Positions 36,477 to 40,797 of a DNA stretch of 40,797 bases are shown piece by piece. Location of the stretch: contig JAYGDX010000013.1 in the NCBI GenBank assembly GCA_046582655.1, positions 1-40,797 on the forward strand. The letters run 5' to 3'. A model generated the notes under the pieces. The model saw only the letters and a program-made list of their open reading frames with translations. It ran no database searches and was not told the origin of the DNA. The DNA comes from Candidatus Poribacteria bacterium (GTDB lineage: Bacteria; Poribacteria; WGA-4E; UBA9662). Made by a program: the position numbers and the translations under genes. Position 1 is the first letter of the stretch; every line of letters begins with the position of its first letter.

Positions 36477-36917
36477 CTATTGATCTTCATCAATAAAATT
36501 CGATGGTTGTGGACTGAGATGACCATAAATATGAGCAATCTGCTTCTTACTACGCAGTTGGGTCAGGCCTTTCAAAGCCTTTTTCCGCTCAACCTCCGCT
36601 TGACTCAACAGCTTATTATCTGCTTGCAAAATCAAAGTGATTTCATCTCGAATCTGGTTCAGGACAGCATCAATTTCCGGTACTTTTTCCGCCACCAGAT
36701 GAAGCTTTTCTGTTAGATCCGGTTTCTCGGCAATTTGGGCGTCCACCTGCCGGATCTTGTGGAAGAGTGCGTCACGCTGCTTCAGCAACTTTATTACCAG
36801 AACACCATCCTCTGCCTCAATGACATCAGCGACCCTTTGCGTCAGCTCGCTACATTGCTGATAAAGATTCAGTTTTCTGGATAATGTTTCTTGTAGTTGA
36901 TCTAGGTCAGTAATCAT
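36477..36917 (-). CDS. Flagellar export chaperone, FliT/FlgN-like
   Basis: 146-aa helical protein directly after fliS; LL..RD.L...I pattern and C-terminal Y...S.FID motif. Confidence 0.65.
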   Translation of the reverse strand: MITDLDQLQETLSRKLNLYQQCSELTQRVADVIEAEDGVLVIKLLKQRDALFHKIRQVDAQIAEKPDLTEKLHLVAEKVPEIDAVLNQIRDEITLILQADNKLLSQAEVERKKALKGLTQLRSKKQIAHIYGHLSPQPSNFIDEDQ

Positions 36918-36937
36918 ATCAACTAACGTTGACAGGA

Positions 36938-37399
36938 CTAAGCCGTAATTGTCTTACCGGAACGCTTAGACGGTTCGCCCGTTGAGGCTGTCGCTTTGGC
37001 CGTACCGTAAGTTTTTTCCGCTCGGTCCTCTTGTATAGCTGTTGCCCAAGCCTCACGGAGTTCTTGCAATTGCTTGATTACATCATTTAGTAATGTTGGA
37101 TCACTCAGGGTAATTGTCTCGCCAACTTGATGCAGAAAATATTCGTATAAACTGTGCAGGTTGTTGGTGAGTTCTTTATTGTGCTTGTCGTCTAGCGCTC
37201 CCATCAGTTCGTAAAGAATGCCTCGGGCTCTGAAAGCTTCTTCAGCCAGAGTCCCCTGGTCAACAGTTTCAGCCCCAAGAATATTTTGCATCTTCTTCAA
37301 GGCCAAAATGAGCCCGTCATATAGCATTAGTAAAAGTGCACCCTTATCCGCAGTTTCCACCTGCATTTTTTGATATTTACCATAGGTCGCGTTTTGCAT
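36938..37399 (-). CDS. fliS: Flagellar chaperone FliS
   Basis: YQKMQVETA...LLLMLYDG, NL.SLYEY, LREAW. Confidence 0.95.
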   Translation of the reverse strand: MQNATYGKYQKMQVETADKGALLLMLYDGLILALKKMQNILGAETVDQGTLAEEAFRARGILYELMGALDDKHNKELTNNLHSLYEYFLHQVGETITLSDPTLLNDVIKQLQELREAWATAIQEDRAEKTYGTAKATASTGEPSKRSGKTITA

Positions 37400-37416
37400 C
37401 TGATACCTCCCTTAGT

Positions 37417-40080
37417 TTAGCTCCTTTGTCCCCATCGGCTGTTATTCATAATGCTCAACTGATTAGAAAGAAATGAGCCCTGTGAGTTGAACTGACTGAT
37501 AGCACGCTCCATAGCCAAGAACATGTTTTTGTATCTAAATTCTACCTGTTCAAGGCGAAGCTCAATTTTGTCTATCTGGCTTTGTATCCGCTTATCCTCA
37601 TTGGTAAAACTCTTTATTCTTCGGATCAGGCTACCATTGACACTGTCTAGAAAAGAATCCATCAATCGGTCAATCTGCTCGGCAAACCCAAAAGTGGTAT
37701 GAATGGTTCCCTGCGCTGCTCCCTGAATTGTAAGCTCAGCAGCAGTCAGATTTGCCTGGATACGCAGGCCATCCGTATTAGTATTACCTTCATCACCGGT
37801 CAAGTAACGTCCTGAGCCGGTTGCCGTCTCACCGTCGATAGTCCCGGCAACATTCACGCCGAAATCCTCAATCGACGTTATCCCTATACCGGTGCTACCG
37901 CCAATCGATCGATTAGACGACACACGAAATCCGTAGTCAGATCCATAGTTTTCATGGGTTAGTTTTAGTTGCTCACCGTCATTCGAGGCATTGATATACA
38001 ATTGACTTCGACCCACGGTTGAGGCGGTCAAAGCACCAAAGTTGAGTGAGCCATTTCCCTCGTTTCTGGCCTCGATACTGATAGCCAGATCGCTATCTCC
38101 TGCTATCTGATCGGTAACCACTAATTTCCCGGCCGAATCGATAGCCACAGAGACTTCTTTGCTGAGTAAATTCTCGATTGTGCTCAGGAAATCATCGATC
38201 GTGTTTGTAGCAGTAATAGTATATGTTGTTGATACTGGACGGCCATCATGGGATGTGCCATTGATTTCGATTGTGTCACCAGTCTGTACATTTGCATTGG
38301 CAATATCGCCGAAAGTAGTGTTTCTGGTGATCGCACTGCCGTCAGTAATGGAGTTTCCAACATCGCTGGAATGGACTTCCGAGATCCTGCTATGCAGTTC
38401 TGAGTTAATCTTACTCACAATTTCATCAATCTGATCGCCAGCCGACAAGAGAACTTCAGTCGTCCGATTTGATCCGAAGTCGGTAAAGGTCAGAATCTCA
38501 TCGGCACTGATCCCGCTACTGCTGTTGATGGTACCACTGCCGCTAACGGTCGCCTGCTCAGCGGCGGCAGTCAGGTTTACGCCATAGGTGCCGGCTTTGG
38601 TTTCCTCGGTAAAGTTAGCGAACCGGATATTGTTGTCTGTGCTACGACCTTTCCCCAAGAAAATTTCGGCTACCTGATCAACATCGGCTTCCAAGGCTTG
38701 ATTCAACTTGGTAGTGTTTACTGTCAGCAATCCGGCCCGGTCAGTTGTAATACCGATATTGACTAGAGTATCGAGGTCGCCTTCCAACCCGGAAATGATG
38801 CCGCTTAAGACCCGCTGTATCTGTGTCTGAACAGATCGAAGTGACGAATCTCCGAATAGCAGGCCGCTAGCCTGAGTTTCCGCATCGTAGGTAAACTGTG
38901 CGCGGATGAATCCTCTTACCGAGTTGTACTTCTCAACAAAGTCTGAAACCGAACTCTTCACCAAATCCAAATTTTCTTCAATCCTGAGTTGGATAGGAGA
39001 TTCCTCCGTAGAGGCATTGGTACTCTTCAGATTCAGGGTTACACCGTTAATGACATCAGAAACTGTATTTGAACTCCTCGTAATATCAATATTGTTCACC
39101 TTGAACTGGGAATCCTGACCGTTTTGTAGAATCCGGCTGGGTTCCTTATTAGCTTCCAGTAACCCGAGCTTCTGCAAAATATTGTTATCATCGACAAGCA
39201 ATTGGGTGCCATTAATCTGCAGCTTATAAGTTGTCTGGCCGTCCACTTCAACCTCTTGTACCGAAGCGGTGACACCCACGATATTAGCAGTGCTGATCGC
39301 CTCACTAATGTCACTCAGCGACTGGGTGGCCAAGTTAATGGATAAACTAGCACCACCAATTTGAACCGTACCATTCTGGGTCCCACTTAAGTTCAGATTA
39401 TTGTTGACGAAGCTCGTCCGGCTGGTAAAGGTGTCACTTTCAAGACCACCACCGATGACGTGCTTATTGGACGTGGTACCGTCGGTGAAGCCAAGTTGAT
39501 TCAGCAGGTTCTCTGATCCAGCCTCAATCAGATTTATTCCTGCAGCACCCGTTTTGTTGGAAGTGATCAACAACCGATGATCGTCTGAGGAGACAGAAAC
39601 CACTGAAGCTGACACTCCTGATTGAGATTTGTTAATCTTGCTGTTAATATCAATTAGCGAGTCCTCTGATTTAATTTCGATTCCAACGCCGTTGATAAGC
39701 AGGTTGCCTGACAGATTGAGTTGATCTAGCCTATCACCAAAAGTACGGGAAGACAATTGTTCCGCTGTGGCCGTTTGCAGAACTTCGACAGTATAACTGC
39801 CAGCCGAGGCACCTCGATCAATGCTAGCGGAAAGCGTCTTGTTAGTTTCCATGCTGGTCTGGAAAGTCTGGAAAGTCTCCGATTTTGCCAGTCGTTGCGA
39901 ACTGGTCTGCAATCCACTAATCAGCGTGTTGAAAGATTGAAAAGCCTTCTTCTTCTGCAGGACAAGATTCTGCTTTGTTTCCAACCGTTTGACCGGTCGC
40001 TTTTCGACACTCATCAAGGCATCAATCATTGACGCAGTGTCGATGCCGGATCCCAATCCGGTGAAAGAAATTTCGGACAT
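37417..40080 (-). CDS. fliD: Filament cap protein FliD (887 aa, enlarged)
   Basis: FTGLGSGIDT.SMIDALM..E, SNTVSDVINGVTLNL, FVEKYN, GLLFGDS, F.AME.AISQ.NSQ. Confidence 0.95.
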   Translation of the reverse strand: MSEISFTGLGSGIDTASMIDALMSVEKRPVKRLETKQNLVLQKKKAFQSFNTLISGLQTSSQRLAKSETFQTFQTSMETNKTLSASIDRGASAGSYTVEVLQTATAEQLSSRTFGDRLDQLNLSGNLLINGVGIEIKSEDSLIDINSKINKSQSGVSASVVSVSSDDHRLLITSNKTGAAGINLIEAGSENLLNQLGFTDGTTSNKHVIGGGLESDTFTSRTSFVNNNLNLSGTQNGTVQIGGASLSINLATQSLSDISEAISTANIVGVTASVQEVEVDGQTTYKLQINGTQLLVDDNNILQKLGLLEANKEPSRILQNGQDSQFKVNNIDITRSSNTVSDVINGVTLNLKSTNASTEESPIQLRIEENLDLVKSSVSDFVEKYNSVRGFIRAQFTYDAETQASGLLFGDSSLRSVQTQIQRVLSGIISGLEGDLDTLVNIGITTDRAGLLTVNTTKLNQALEADVDQVAEIFLGKGRSTDNNIRFANFTEETKAGTYGVNLTAAAEQATVSGSGTINSSSGISADEILTFTDFGSNRTTEVLLSAGDQIDEIVSKINSELHSRISEVHSSDVGNSITDGSAITRNTTFGDIANANVQTGDTIEINGTSHDGRPVSTTYTITATNTIDDFLSTIENLLSKEVSVAIDSAGKLVVTDQIAGDSDLAISIEARNEGNGSLNFGALTASTVGRSQLYINASNDGEQLKLTHENYGSDYGFRVSSNRSIGGSTGIGITSIEDFGVNVAGTIDGETATGSGRYLTGDEGNTNTDGLRIQANLTAAELTIQGAAQGTIHTTFGFAEQIDRLMDSFLDSVNGSLIRRIKSFTNEDKRIQSQIDKIELRLEQVEFRYKNMFLAMERAISQFNSQGSFLSNQLSIMNNSRWGQRS

Positions 40081-40140
40081 CTTGAAACTCTCCTAACTTT
40101 AATTTAAAACTGCCAACTCTAACAGCCCCTAGTTGAATGT

Positions 40141-40156
40141 AGCATAATCAGTGCCA
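40141..40156 (-). promoter_or_regulatory. Sigma54 (-24/-12) promoter upstream of fliD
   Basis: Minus strand TGGCACTGATTATGCT: TGGCAC with GG-N10-GC spacing, ~60 bp upstream of fliD. Confidence 0.7.
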
Positions 40157-40180
40157 AGGTGTGGCTATTTTAGGTCCTTA

Positions 40181-40636
40181 CTAAGCATTTTCATCTAGAA
40201 AAATGCCTATCAACTGGTTGATATTTTTCGTCAGGTTGACCGCACGCTCAGGCGGCATCTGGTGAATGATTTCTCCTTCCAAGTCGGAAACCCTAACCAC
40301 CAATTGATCTATATCTTCCACCACCTCAAAACTGTACCTTTCGTCTAGGATAGCGCTGATCTGATTCAACTGTTCCACAGCAATCTCAATATTTTCCCGC
40401 GCGGTGAGCAATCCTAAAGGATCGCTGGCTTCGATCTGCTCCTGTTCTGGCCTAGGCAACACCTGAACCTCTTCAGGCCGAACACTATTTGAGCTTTCGT
40501 TCAGGTTCAAGCGATCAAAAACTGCTGTGTTGGCAGCGGGATCGTTGTTACGCTGATTCCGACGAATAGGAAGTGCTTGGGGTGGTTGCTTATTAATGAA
40601 ATTAACTTTGCTTTGCATCTTCCTCACCTCTCCCAT
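40181..40636 (-). CDS. flaG: FlaG family protein
   Basis: AVEQLN...YSFEV..DIDQLVVRV.D..GEIIHQMPPE....L...I....GIFLDE; between flagellin and fliD. Start may be ATG 40618. Confidence 0.88.
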   Translation of the reverse strand: MGEVRKMQSKVNFINKQPPQALPIRRNQRNNDPAANTAVFDRLNLNESSNSVRPEEVQVLPRPEQEQIEASDPLGLLTARENIEIAVEQLNQISAILDERYSFEVVEDIDQLVVRVSDLEGEIIHQMPPERAVNLTKNINQLIGIFLDENA

Positions 40637-40675
40637 TTACGAGGTTGTAAAAATTTTAATTTTAACCGTCTTCCG

Positions 40676-40797
40676 CTACTTTAGTAGTCCTAAGACGCTT
40701 TGGTTTATCTGATTGGCTTGTGCCAATATGGATGAACTGGACTGCACCAAAATCTGGTTACGCGCCATGTCAGTCATTTCTTTGGCGAAATCGACAT
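40676..40797 (-). CDS. fliC: Flagellin, C-terminal end only (truncated by the window edge)
   Basis: Not in the ORF track; translated by hand as VDFAKEMTDMARNQILVQSSSSILAQANQINQSVLGLLK*, the flagellin C-terminal D0 signature. Confidence 0.93.
   Translation of the reverse strand, partial: VDFAKEMTDMARNQILVQSSSSILAQANQINQSVLGLLK

Overview
Bacterial window. Positions 1-5.8 kb hold accessory genes: two lipoproteins (one truncated by the left edge), an aldo/keto reductase, a doubly frameshifted ThuA-like gene, a Gfo/Idh/MocA oxidoreductase, a DUF6232-like membrane protein, a degenerate receiver-domain protein and a small very basic ORF. The remaining ~35 kb (5.8-40.8 kb, all minus strand) is one flagellar supercluster: fliC(3' end)-flaG-fliD-fliS-fliT/flgN-like-fleS/flgS-like kinase-fleR/flgR-like sigma54 activator-flgBC-fliEFGHIJ-motE/ylxF-like-fliK-flgDE-motAB-fliLMNOPQR-flhBAFG-small membrane protein-fliA-AMIN/SwrB-like gene. 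No chemotaxis genes and no flgF/G/A/H/I/J/K/L/M lie in the window. The most striking observation is a FliH carrying an apparently intact CRP-like cyclic-nucleotide-binding domain fused directly to its dimerisation coiled coil, suggesting cAMP/cGMP control of flagellar type III export. Other oddities: paired non-canonical catalytic motifs in FlhF (DDFK) and FlhG (NHAAELR); a GSYTGS activator alongside two good sigma54 promoters; a very long FliK with a 36-bp tandem repeat; enlarged FlgE and FliD sharing an inserted module; a Na+-type stator with Met at the ion-selectivity position; an AMIN-TM-HTH SwrB-like protein; and a degenerate CheY-binding motif in FliM. All assignments come from motif recognition by eye; no searches were run.
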